Positions 1 through 10,670 of a DNA stretch of 64,000 bases are shown in pieces (within the stretch, counting starts at the first letter, position 1; each line of letters opens with the position of its first letter). Source of the stretch: Deltaproteobacteria bacterium. Its GTDB lineage: Bacteria > Myxococcota > Kuafuiibacteriia > Kuafuiibacteriales > Kuafuiibacteriaceae. The notes under the pieces were generated by a model. The model was not told where the DNA came from. It did not search any database and saw only the letters and a list, made by a program, of their open reading frames with translations. The stretch is taken from NCBI GenBank assembly GCA_040218735.1, contig JAVJQW010000008.1, forward strand, positions 320,001 through 384,000, read 5' to 3'. Made by a program: the position numbers and the translations under genes.

Positions 1-289
1 AGCCCCAGGTGAACTCGGAGTTCCAGACCCACGCGTCGGCTTCGTACTCCCAGAAGCCGCGCGTGTAGGGCGACCAGTCGGGGTCCATGCCGTACGGACG
101 CCACACCCGACCGAAGTCCGACAGGACGATGAACTGCCCGTGTGAGGACAGCTCCGCTTCGATCTGTGCGGAGGACGCGTTGCGGTAGTCGACGCTCGGC
201 GTGTGCGCGTGCGCGGAGTGCACCGTCATGCACGCGGTGGCGCCGAGCGCAGCGGCGGCGCAGGTCATCAGCTTGGTGGCGTTCATCAT
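1..289 (-). CDS. Partial exported/lipoprotein with Trp-rich WRPY motif (DUF6600-like); runs off the window edge
   Basis: Own translation of the minus strand from ATG at 289: MMNATKLMTCAAAALGATAC...FGRVWRPYGMDPDWSPYTRGFWEYEADAWVWNSEFTWG. GAGGAG RBS upstream. Not in the ORF track because no stop lies within the window. Confidence 0.7.
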   Translation of the reverse strand, partial: MMNATKLMTCAAAALGATACMTVHSAHAHTPSVDYRNASSAQIEAELSSHGQFIVLSDFGRVWRPYGMDPDWSPYTRGFWEYEADAWVWNSEFTWG

Positions 290-311
290 CTTCTCCTCGT
301 TCGACATCGCT

Positions 312-980
312 TCAGCGGCTCCCCGACAGGTCGACCGTGTACGCGTTGCTCGCGTCCGCCTCGACGAACACCGCGATGTCCGTCGCGCGATCGACGAGGC
401 GCCCACTGTAGTCGACCGAGTCGATGTCGAGGAACCACGTGCCCTTCGGCATCGCGTCGTACACGATGCCTTCGTAGACACAGTCGTAGGACGCGTCGTC
501 GTAGACGTAGCCGCGCCCGTCGTGCAGACGGACCCGCAGGCGCTCGATGTCACCGCAGCGCCCGCTGCCGTCGAAGGTCCAGTAGATCGTGAGTGAGCCG
601 GTCTCGTTGTCGACGTCGATCAGGTACGTCTGGTGCGCGTACGCGACGACCGAGACGCGGTCGCGGGATTCGAACAGGACGTTGCCGTCGACGTCCTTGC
701 CTTCGATGAAGACGTCGTAGGAGCCCTCGCGGAGGCGATCGATCGTGACGCCGTAGTCGTACTCCGCGCAGGTCAGCGAGAACGAGTCGCCGTCGCGCGT
801 GCCGCTGACGTCGACGAAGATGCGGTCGACGCCCGCGTCGAAGCAGCTCCGCCCGCCGAACGTGTACTCGATCGTGAGCGAACCGCGGGCGTCGTCGTAG
901 TAGGGATCCTCGACACCGACGACGCAGGCCGAGCCGAGGAGGGGGAGGGCGAGAGAAGCGAGAAGAAGTGATGAACGCAT
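312..980 (-). CDS. Hypothetical lipoprotein with two similar beta-rich domains
   Basis: Start trimmed from ORF 312..1412 to MRSSLLLASLALPLLGSAC (lipobox). Internal duplication GSLTIEYTFGG / GSLTIYWTFDG. Confidence 0.75.
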   Translation of the reverse strand: MRSSLLLASLALPLLGSACVVGVEDPYYDDARGSLTIEYTFGGRSCFDAGVDRIFVDVSGTRDGDSFSLTCAEYDYGVTIDRLREGSYDVFIEGKDVDGNVLFESRDRVSVVAYAHQTYLIDVDNETGSLTIYWTFDGSGRCGDIERLRVRLHDGRGYVYDDASYDCVYEGIVYDAMPKGTWFLDIDSVDYSGRLVDRATDIAVFVEADASNAYTVDLSGSR

Positions 981-993
981 GCCGAATCCTCTC

Positions 994-1009
994 CGCAATC
1001 GACGTGCCA
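994..1009 (-). promoter_or_regulatory. sigma54 (-24/-12) promoter
   Basis: Minus strand reads TGGCACGTCGATTGCG (TGGCACG-N4-TTGC), just upstream of the ATG at 980. Confidence 0.7.
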
Positions 1010-1143
1010 TCGAGCGCGCCGTGCTGTTGGGGGCAGCGTGTCTTTTGTCTGCGACAGTACCGATGCACTGCGTCGACACGGTGTGCGCGCGCTCGCCTCG
1101 GTTCCGATCGCCCATGACTCCACCTTGCCCGGAACAGGTCCAG

Positions 1144-1279
1144 CGCGCGGCGAAAGTCGGGGGACGCGCGGCGAAAGATCGGGCCGCGGAGCGGAAAACC
1201 GCGTGATCGGTGGCGACGTCCGCGCGGTCCGACCGGACACGCCCGAGTCCGGACGAACGCCGGACGAAGCTCGGACGAA
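1144..1279 (+). promoter_or_regulatory. Phased direct repeats, putative regulator binding sites
   Basis: CGCGCGGCGAAAG at 1144 and 1165 with a third GAAA at 1194 (21-bp period). CGGACGAA at 1250, 1261 and 1272 (11-bp period). Confidence 0.55.
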
Positions 1280-1305
1280 GGGGTGGTTCCTGCGTCTTCG
1301 CGCGC

Positions 1306-1321
1306 TGGCACGAACGTTGTT
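1306..1321 (+). promoter_or_regulatory. sigma54-like promoter
   Basis: TGGCACGAACGTTGTT (GT in place of GC at -12), just upstream of the ATG at 1334. Confidence 0.5.
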
Positions 1322-1333
1322 CATGCGCGTCGT

Positions 1334-2740
1334 ATGCGTAGAACGATCCTTCTGACCACCGCCCTTTGCTTCGCCTGTGCACCCGACGATGAACCGATCG
1401 CGCACAAGTCACCCGCAGCGCTCACCGTCTGCAACGCGACCGACCGCGCGGCGCTCCAGCAGCTCGCCGCGTCCATCGACATCTACGACGCCTGGGGCAG
1501 TCCAGGCTTCGACAAGGGCGAGGTCATCACGATCCGCGGGACCGGCTTCACGAGCCTCCCGGCGGGGACCGAGGTGCGGTGGCTGAGCGCCGTTCCGAAC
1601 GGTAGGGGCACGGTCGACACGTTCACCTCCTACGCTCCGGCGTCGTTGAATCCACACTTCCCGGACATCGAGATCTCTGCGGTCGTTCCGGATCATGCGG
1701 ACGGACGCGGCTCGCTCGCGTTGATCAAACGCGACACGTGCAAGTGGTTCAGCGGTGGGCAGCTCGTCGAAGGGGAGCGGCACATCGCGCTCGCGAGCTT
1801 CGGGTGGTTCGACTACGTCACCGAGCGGCCGGCCCCCTCGGCTCCGCCGCCCCGCGTCGACCCGGTTCGGGTGCTCACGGTGGGGCCGCACTTCGTGATC
1901 ATCGTGATGCCTCGGATGGAGGAGACGCACGCCTATCGGATCGAGTACCGCCGCGCGGGCGCTGGTGCGTTCCAGCCCTACGCGATCATCGGCGCCGGCG
2001 AGCCCACCTATACCGTCGCCGGCCTGCAGCCGCAGACGACCTACGAGATCCGCGTCGTCGCTTTCAACTCCGCCGGTGAAGCACCGCCGAGCGACGTTCT
2101 CGTCGCGACCACGACCAACATCAACGTGGAGGAAGAGTTCGTCTCGCTGACGGTGCTCGACACCTCCGAAACGGAGGGCCCCATCGATGGAATCGGCAGC
2201 ACGTTCGCGGCCCGGTCGGCGGTGGTCTACTGGGACGACGAGGCCGACGGCTGCGTCAACGCGCAGTCCGAAGTGGTCGAAGAGCCCGGTGGCTTCCTCT
2301 ATCACCTGCGGCCGGCGCCGCAGAACGTGGTGCCATGGATCCTGCTCAACGGCTGCGACTACGATCGCAACAACAACGGCGCGGCGAACCTGATCGTCTA
2401 CGCGTTGATCGACGCAACGCCCTTCGCCCGGACGGGCCAGCAGTTCGTCGCCCTCCACCTCCGCGTCGACACCTCGAAGAACCTCGTCGAGTCCGTCTCC
2501 ATGCAGGCGGGCGACTACGCGCTCGAGACCGGGCGTGTGATGTGGTCCGCCGCGATCGATCCGATCCAGAACGTCCAGCTTACGCTCCCGGGCGGGGGCG
2601 TGAACGGTCGGCTGTCCGGTTCGGTGACGGCGGCGCTGCTGTTCTCGGAGCCGATGCGGAGCGGCGGTCCGGCCGGATCGGTGGTCGACCACGTGGCCCT
2701 CGTGCGGCTCGACTTCGATCGCGTGGTCATCGAGGATTGA
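1334..2740 (+). CDS. Fibronectin type III domain lipoprotein
   Basis: MRRTILLTTALCFAC signal peptide. FN3 signature YTVAGLQPQTTYEIRVVAFNSAGE. Confidence 0.75.
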   Translation: MRRTILLTTALCFACAPDDEPIAHKSPAALTVCNATDRAALQQLAASIDIYDAWGSPGFDKGEVITIRGTGFTSLPAGTEVRWLSAVPNGRGTVDTFTSYAPASLNPHFPDIEISAVVPDHADGRGSLALIKRDTCKWFSGGQLVEGERHIALASFGWFDYVTERPAPSAPPPRVDPVRVLTVGPHFVIIVMPRMEETHAYRIEYRRAGAGAFQPYAIIGAGEPTYTVAGLQPQTTYEIRVVAFNSAGEAPPSDVLVATTTNINVEEEFVSLTVLDTSETEGPIDGIGSTFAARSAVVYWDDEADGCVNAQSEVVEEPGGFLYHLRPAPQNVVPWILLNGCDYDRNNNGAANLIVYALIDATPFARTGQQFVALHLRVDTSKNLVESVSMQAGDYALETGRVMWSAAIDPIQNVQLTLPGGGVNGRLSGSVTAALLFSEPMRSGGPAGSVVDHVALVRLDFDRVVIED

Positions 2741-2745
2741 TCGAG

Positions 2746-3834
2746 ATGCGTCGCGTCGCGCTGTTGTTGTTCCTCGCCGGCTGTGGTCGCAGCGAGCTCG
2801 TCGACCTCGACGTCGTCTCCGAGGCGCCGACCGAGCTCGAAGTGGTCCTGGAGGGGGGCGTAAACGAGCTTGGGGTCGGCGGCGCCTTCGACGTCGGCCC
2901 CCGAGGGCTCGTCGCTCGCTACATCGCGGCCGAGGGCGTTCGATTCGTGCAGCTCGGGCGGTCCGAGATCGGGTGGGCAGTCGAACGCGAGCACTTCGCG
3001 GATACCGGCAACGGAGGGCCGCTCGCCTGGGGCGGCCGCACCGTCGCGTCCGGCGCGCCCGGCGGCGCGAGCTCTCCGGAGGTCCTGACCTTCGATGACT
3101 TCTCGGCGCCCGACGTCATTCTGACGGCTGCGCCCGCGTCGCCGCAGTTCGGTCGAGCGCTCGCGTTCTCGGGCGACCGCCTCGCGGTCGGCGACCCGGG
3201 GCTCGACGTCGGACGCGTGCACATCTACGCGCGGTCGTCCGCCGGGTGGAATCGACTCCACACGATCGAGGACGAGGCGCAGTCGTTCGGGAGCGCGCTC
3301 GACTGGTCGTCCACGACGCTCGTCGTCGGCGCGCCGTCCGAGCGAACCGTCGTGTTGTTCGACGAAGGCTTCGAAACGATCGCGCGGGTGGAAGGCCCGT
3401 CGACGGCGGGCGGCTTCGGGACGTCGGTGGCCTTCGACGGTAGGACGCTCGTCGTCGGCGCGCCGTCGGACGGCGGACTGTCGGGCGAGGGCGCCGTCTA
3501 CACGTACGCGGTCGGCGCGGACGTGCGCGCGGAGCAGGTGCTCCGGCGCGAGGGTGGACAGATGTTCGCCGCGTTCGGCTACCGCGTGTCGCTCCTCGAC
3601 GGTCGCCTCGTCGCGAGCGCACCCGGCGCGGCGAACGACGCGGGGGAGGTGCTCGTGTTCGAACATGCCGAATCGTGGCGCGTGACCCACTCGCTCGCAT
3701 CGCCGCACACCGGCGCTCGGCTCGGCGCGCAGATCGATCAGGACGCCGACGGGATCTACGTCGGTGCCCCACGCGTCAGCGACGCGGCGACATTGGCCGG
3801 GGTGCTCTACTTCGTCCGAATGTCCCCACTTTGA
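2746..3834 (+). CDS. FG-GAP repeat (integrin-like beta-propeller) lipoprotein
   Basis: MRRVALLLFLAGC lipobox. Repeats such as FGSALDWSSTTLVVGAP and FGTSVAFDGRTLVVGAP. Confidence 0.8.
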   Translation: MRRVALLLFLAGCGRSELVDLDVVSEAPTELEVVLEGGVNELGVGGAFDVGPRGLVARYIAAEGVRFVQLGRSEIGWAVEREHFADTGNGGPLAWGGRTVASGAPGGASSPEVLTFDDFSAPDVILTAAPASPQFGRALAFSGDRLAVGDPGLDVGRVHIYARSSAGWNRLHTIEDEAQSFGSALDWSSTTLVVGAPSERTVVLFDEGFETIARVEGPSTAGGFGTSVAFDGRTLVVGAPSDGGLSGEGAVYTYAVGADVRAEQVLRREGGQMFAAFGYRVSLLDGRLVASAPGAANDAGEVLVFEHAESWRVTHSLASPHTGARLGAQIDQDADGIYVGAPRVSDAATLAGVLYFVRMSPL

Positions 3835-3894
3835 CCCGGGCAACGCCCGTGCCGAACGTGTCGATGGGCGCGAACCGGTCCGAGCCCAAAGCCT

Positions 3895-3923
3895 TTGACA
3901 CAACCGTCGCGCCTCACTAGGTT
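3895..3923 (+). promoter_or_regulatory. sigma70-type promoter for kdsB-pyrG-kdsA
   Basis: TTGACA-17 bp-TAGGTT. Confidence 0.55.
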
Positions 3924-3967
3924 CCGCGAGTGCACCCCTGGGGGACCAAGCGAGGGCGTCGGTAGCC

Positions 3968-7126
<3,159 letters not shown>

Positions 7127-7129
7127 GCC

Positions 7130-7801
7130 TCACGGGCAGGCCGGTTCGTCCGGGACGGCCTCCACGATCTCGCAGAACTCGGCCTCGAAGACACCTTCGA
7201 TCCGGTCGCCGCCCTTCGTCGCGACGAACGACCCGGTCGCGACCCCGCCGGGCGTGGCGTCGAAGGCATCGAGCGTCAGCATCGCCGCGCTCGTCTCGAA
7301 CGCGGGCGCGACGGTGGTCTTCTCACAAGCGGTGTCGGTCCGAACCATCATCGGGAAGCCGTACTGCGGACCGGCCGGCGGCGGGACGGGGCTCGGCCCC
7401 TCGAACGCGGGGACGCCGTACGGAATCTCTCCCGGCACGACGGGCGACCACTCGCCGTCGTCGTCGAGGCCGAGCATCCACCACACGAGCAGGCGGCCGT
7501 CCGTGACGTTCAGGTCGGGCTCGAAGATCTGCGCGCTCACCTCGCGCCGTTGGAGCTGCCCGCACACGTCGGCCTCGCTCGACATCAACAGCACGAGCAG
7601 GTCGCCGGGGACCTGAGCCTCCGCGGCGACGAACGCCGCGCTCTTCACGTCGATCGCGAAGCCGTCGAGCGAGCCGGTGACCGCGTTCGGCGCGGGCGCC
7701 TCGACGGGCGGAGTGAGCGTGGTGCCATCGTCCGCGGGCCCTCCACAGGCGGTGGCAAGGACGCAGAGCAGGGTGAAACAAGGGACTCGGTGTTCGTTCA
7801 T
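7130..7801 (-). CDS. Hypothetical lipoprotein
   Basis: Start trimmed to MNEHRVPCFTLLCVLATAC (lipobox). Confidence 0.65.
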   Translation of the reverse strand: MNEHRVPCFTLLCVLATACGGPADDGTTLTPPVEAPAPNAVTGSLDGFAIDVKSAAFVAAEAQVPGDLLVLLMSSEADVCGQLQRREVSAQIFEPDLNVTDGRLLVWWMLGLDDDGEWSPVVPGEIPYGVPAFEGPSPVPPPAGPQYGFPMMVRTDTACEKTTVAPAFETSAAMLTLDAFDATPGGVATGSFVATKGGDRIEGVFEAEFCEIVEAVPDEPACP

Positions 7802-7947
7802 GTCTTCGAGGCTACGCCTAAACCGCCCCGTCAGTCGTTTTGTGATCGCGCCGACGTCCGCGTTTCCGTTCGCGCGCGAGGGATCTTTCGCCGCGCGTCC
7901 ACCGTGTTTCGCCCGCTGGCGATTCACCGCCCGGGCAACCTGGTCTC

Positions 7948-8898
7948 ATGGCACGGGTGTACCTCTTCGCGATCCTCTCCCTCGGCGTCGCCGCCCCCGC
8001 GTGGGCCGGCTCCGACCTCGACCGCGACACCCGCTCGCGCCACGACCGCGCGTCCTCGTCGTCCTCCTCGAGCAGCAGCTCGTCCTCGTCCGACGACGAC
8101 GACGACGACGATCTCGATGACGACGTTTGGACCTCCGACGGCAGCGGCGGCTACTACTACAGCGACACGCCGCCGCAGCCGAAGCTCGTCGGCCAGGCGC
8201 ACGTCATCGCCGGCTTGCACTTCGACCGCCTCTCCGGGACGACCGGCGGGACGGTCGTTCACCAGGACGGGCTCGGCTTCGGCCTCGCGCTCGACCTCGC
8301 CGTGTTCGGCGCAGGCGCGCCGCGTTTCGATCGCACGGGGCTCGCGCTCAACGTGACCTTCGGACGCGCGAACCTGCTCGAGGGGTACCGACCGACCGGC
8401 GCCGACTACACGAGCGACCTCGCGCTGAGCACGCTCGAGATCGACTTCGGACCGCGCTGGGTCCAGCAGATGTTCGGTTTCGAGATCGGCTACGGGATCG
8501 GGTTCGGCGTGACGTGGATGCGCGCGAACGAGGAGTTCTCCGACGGCCTCGAGCTCAACGAGACGCTCGCGTTCGGCGCCCGCATGCGGCCCTACGTCTC
8601 GCTGTCACCGGTCGTCGAGCCGAACGCGAGCCGGCCGTTCTTCGACGTCGGCGTCGCCTTCTTCGCGGGGTCGATCACGGAGTACGAGGAGGACTACGAC
8701 AGCCTCGTCGCGGGGCTGGATCCGGTCATGGTGACCCCGTACGCCCGGCTCGGTTATCTGCTCGCCCTCGGGCACGGGGTATCACTGGGGACGAACTACG
8801 AAGTCGAAGTGATCGGGGATCGCTTCATCAGCGGCTCGCTCTCGCACCGCGTGCAGTTCCTGGTGCGGCTCTTGGACGAGAACCACTTCACGCCCTGA
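7948..8898 (+). CDS. Exported protein, probable outer-membrane beta-barrel with Ser/Asp-rich N-terminus
   Basis: Signal peptide ending AWA, poly-S and poly-D tract, alternating hydrophobic strands. Confidence 0.6.
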   Translation: MARVYLFAILSLGVAAPAWAGSDLDRDTRSRHDRASSSSSSSSSSSSSDDDDDDDLDDDVWTSDGSGGYYYSDTPPQPKLVGQAHVIAGLHFDRLSGTTGGTVVHQDGLGFGLALDLAVFGAGAPRFDRTGLALNVTFGRANLLEGYRPTGADYTSDLALSTLEIDFGPRWVQQMFGFEIGYGIGFGVTWMRANEEFSDGLELNETLAFGARMRPYVSLSPVVEPNASRPFFDVGVAFFAGSITEYEEDYDSLVAGLDPVMVTPYARLGYLLALGHGVSLGTNYEVEVIGDRFISGSLSHRVQFLVRLLDENHFTP

Positions 8899-8987
8899 CC
8901 GCCGGCTTTGTTGCCCTCGCCCATCAGGTGTTGGGTGCACCCGTCACTCGGGACATTCGGATCACCCGTGGCCCTCGATTCACTTCT

Positions 8988-9003
8988 CGGCACACATCGT
9001 GCT
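8988..9003 (+). promoter_or_regulatory. sigma54-like promoter
   Basis: CGGCACACATCGTGCT (GG-N10-GC), about 48 bp upstream of the ATG at 9051. Confidence 0.5.
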
Positions 9004-9050
9004 GAAATCAGCGGGCAGGCCAGGAAGGCCACTACGGAGGACGGAGCAGC

Positions 9051-9971
9051 ATGGCACTTTCACCCCTCAACGGCGACAACGCATTCCTCGCGCAGGCGCT
9101 CGCGATTCGCGACCTGCCCCCGGAGGTCCAGGAGCAGATCCGCGCGCAGGCGGAGCAGTTCTCGGAGGGCGATCGCGACACGATCGACACCCCGAACGAG
9201 ATGCGCGCCCTGCAGCAGCTCCTGCTCGGGCTCGATCCCAACGTCGTCGCCCAGAACCCGCAGCTTCAGCAGATGCAGCAGTTCGCGCAGCAGGTCACCG
9301 ACCCGATGCTCCTGGTCGAGATGATCAAGAACCGCATGGGCGAGAACCAAAACGGCGGCGGCGGCGGCGGCGGTGGCGGAGGTGGCCTCGGCAACATGCT
9401 CGGCAACCTCGGCGGCAACATGTTCAACAACCCGATGACCAGCCTCGGCTCGAACTTCACCGGCGGCGGTGGTGGTGGCGGCGGCGGCGGCGGTGTCGGA
9501 ACGACGCCCGTCTCCGGTCCGGCGCAGGCTTCGTACCCGGCCGGGGAGATCAACGGCGACCGCTCGCAGTTCGCCATGGACTACCTGCAGCAGGAGCTCG
9601 GCATCACGCGCGAGCAGGCGGCGGGCATCGTCGGCAACCTCGCCGTCGAGTCGGGCGCGAGCCTCGACCCGACCGCCATCGGCGACAACGGCAACGCCCG
9701 CGGCGTCGCGCAGTGGAACGGCCCGCGCAAGCGCGCGCTCGAGGCGTTCGCCGCGCAGCAGGGCCGGTCGCCGGACGACTTCCGGCTCCAGCTCCAGTTC
9801 ATGGTGCACGAGCTGAAGACCTCCGAGAGCGGTGCGCTTGCCGCGCTGCGCGGGACGAACACCGCCGCGGACGCCGCGCTGGTGTTCTCGCAGCGCTACG
9901 AGCGCCCCGGCATCCCGCACAACGATCGCCGGATGGCCTACGCCAACCAGGCGCTCGCGCAGTACGCCTGA
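9051..9971 (+). CDS. Protein with C-terminal phage tail lysozyme (Phage_lysozyme2-like) domain
   Basis: QAAGIVGNLAVES...GVAQWNGPR...QLQFMVHEL...FSQRYERPG. Gly-rich linkers. No signal peptide. Confidence 0.8.
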   Translation: MALSPLNGDNAFLAQALAIRDLPPEVQEQIRAQAEQFSEGDRDTIDTPNEMRALQQLLLGLDPNVVAQNPQLQQMQQFAQQVTDPMLLVEMIKNRMGENQNGGGGGGGGGGGLGNMLGNLGGNMFNNPMTSLGSNFTGGGGGGGGGGGVGTTPVSGPAQASYPAGEINGDRSQFAMDYLQQELGITREQAAGIVGNLAVESGASLDPTAIGDNGNARGVAQWNGPRKRALEAFAAQQGRSPDDFRLQLQFMVHELKTSESGALAALRGTNTAADAALVFSQRYERPGIPHNDRRMAYANQALAQYA

Positions 9972-9979
9972 TTCGACGG

Positions 9980-10648
9980 CTAAGCGTTGGGGTCGAGCCC
10001 GTAGAACTTGTACAGGCGTAGCGAGTTCAGGGCCGCCACCAACACGAAGAACACGACGATCAGAATCCACCACGGCGTGCCGTGGGCGTAGACGCCGTAC
10101 CCGAAGTACGCACACAGCCCGAGCGAGAACAGCCCCTGCGCGAGGAGCAGGAGCCGGTGCGGCTTCACGAACGACGCACCGAACATCAGCCCGTTCCACG
10201 CCGCGAACACCAACCAGAACGTCGTCGGGTCGAGCAGATAGAACACGACGCTGATGACTCCGAAGATCCCCCGCGACGCGCGGCTCTTGGCGAACGGGGC
10301 GCGCATCATCGCGTCGGCGATCGGATCGATCCACTTGCGCAACTCGACTTGCTGGCTCGCGGGGACGGTGACGACGATGCGCTCGTCGCTTCGCAGCGTC
10401 ACACCCACCGCGCCGCCGGGCATGAACACCAGCGACCCGAGCGTCGCGAGCTCGTCGCGCCGGTAGGTCAGCTCGCGGTCACCCGCAAGGTTACGCACGT
10501 AGAGGTGCTCCGGGTGAAACGAGGCCACCCACTTGCCGCCCTTCGGCGGGTCGACCGCGAAGAGCGTCGGACCCAGCTCCTCGGACGAACGCGACGAAGA
10601 GCCGCCCGCGAGGTCAGCGTCCGGAGTGGCGAACGGATCCGCGCCCAT
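9980..10648 (-). CDS. Hypothetical membrane protein (about 4 C-terminal TM helices)
   Basis: Hydrophobic segments in the C-terminal half; contiguous with the upstream minus-strand gene. Confidence 0.65.
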   Translation of the reverse strand: MGADPFATPDADLAGGSSSRSSEELGPTLFAVDPPKGGKWVASFHPEHLYVRNLAGDRELTYRRDELATLGSLVFMPGGAVGVTLRSDERIVVTVPASQQVELRKWIDPIADAMMRAPFAKSRASRGIFGVISVVFYLLDPTTFWLVFAAWNGLMFGASFVKPHRLLLLAQGLFSLGLCAYFGYGVYAHGTPWWILIVVFFVLVAALNSLRLYKFYGLDPNA

Positions 10649-10670
10649 GGCTGCGGTCGTAGCGCTTTTT

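Noticed and set aside
9051-9971. Prophage
   Set aside because: No capsid, terminase, tail or integrase genes around the lysozyme.
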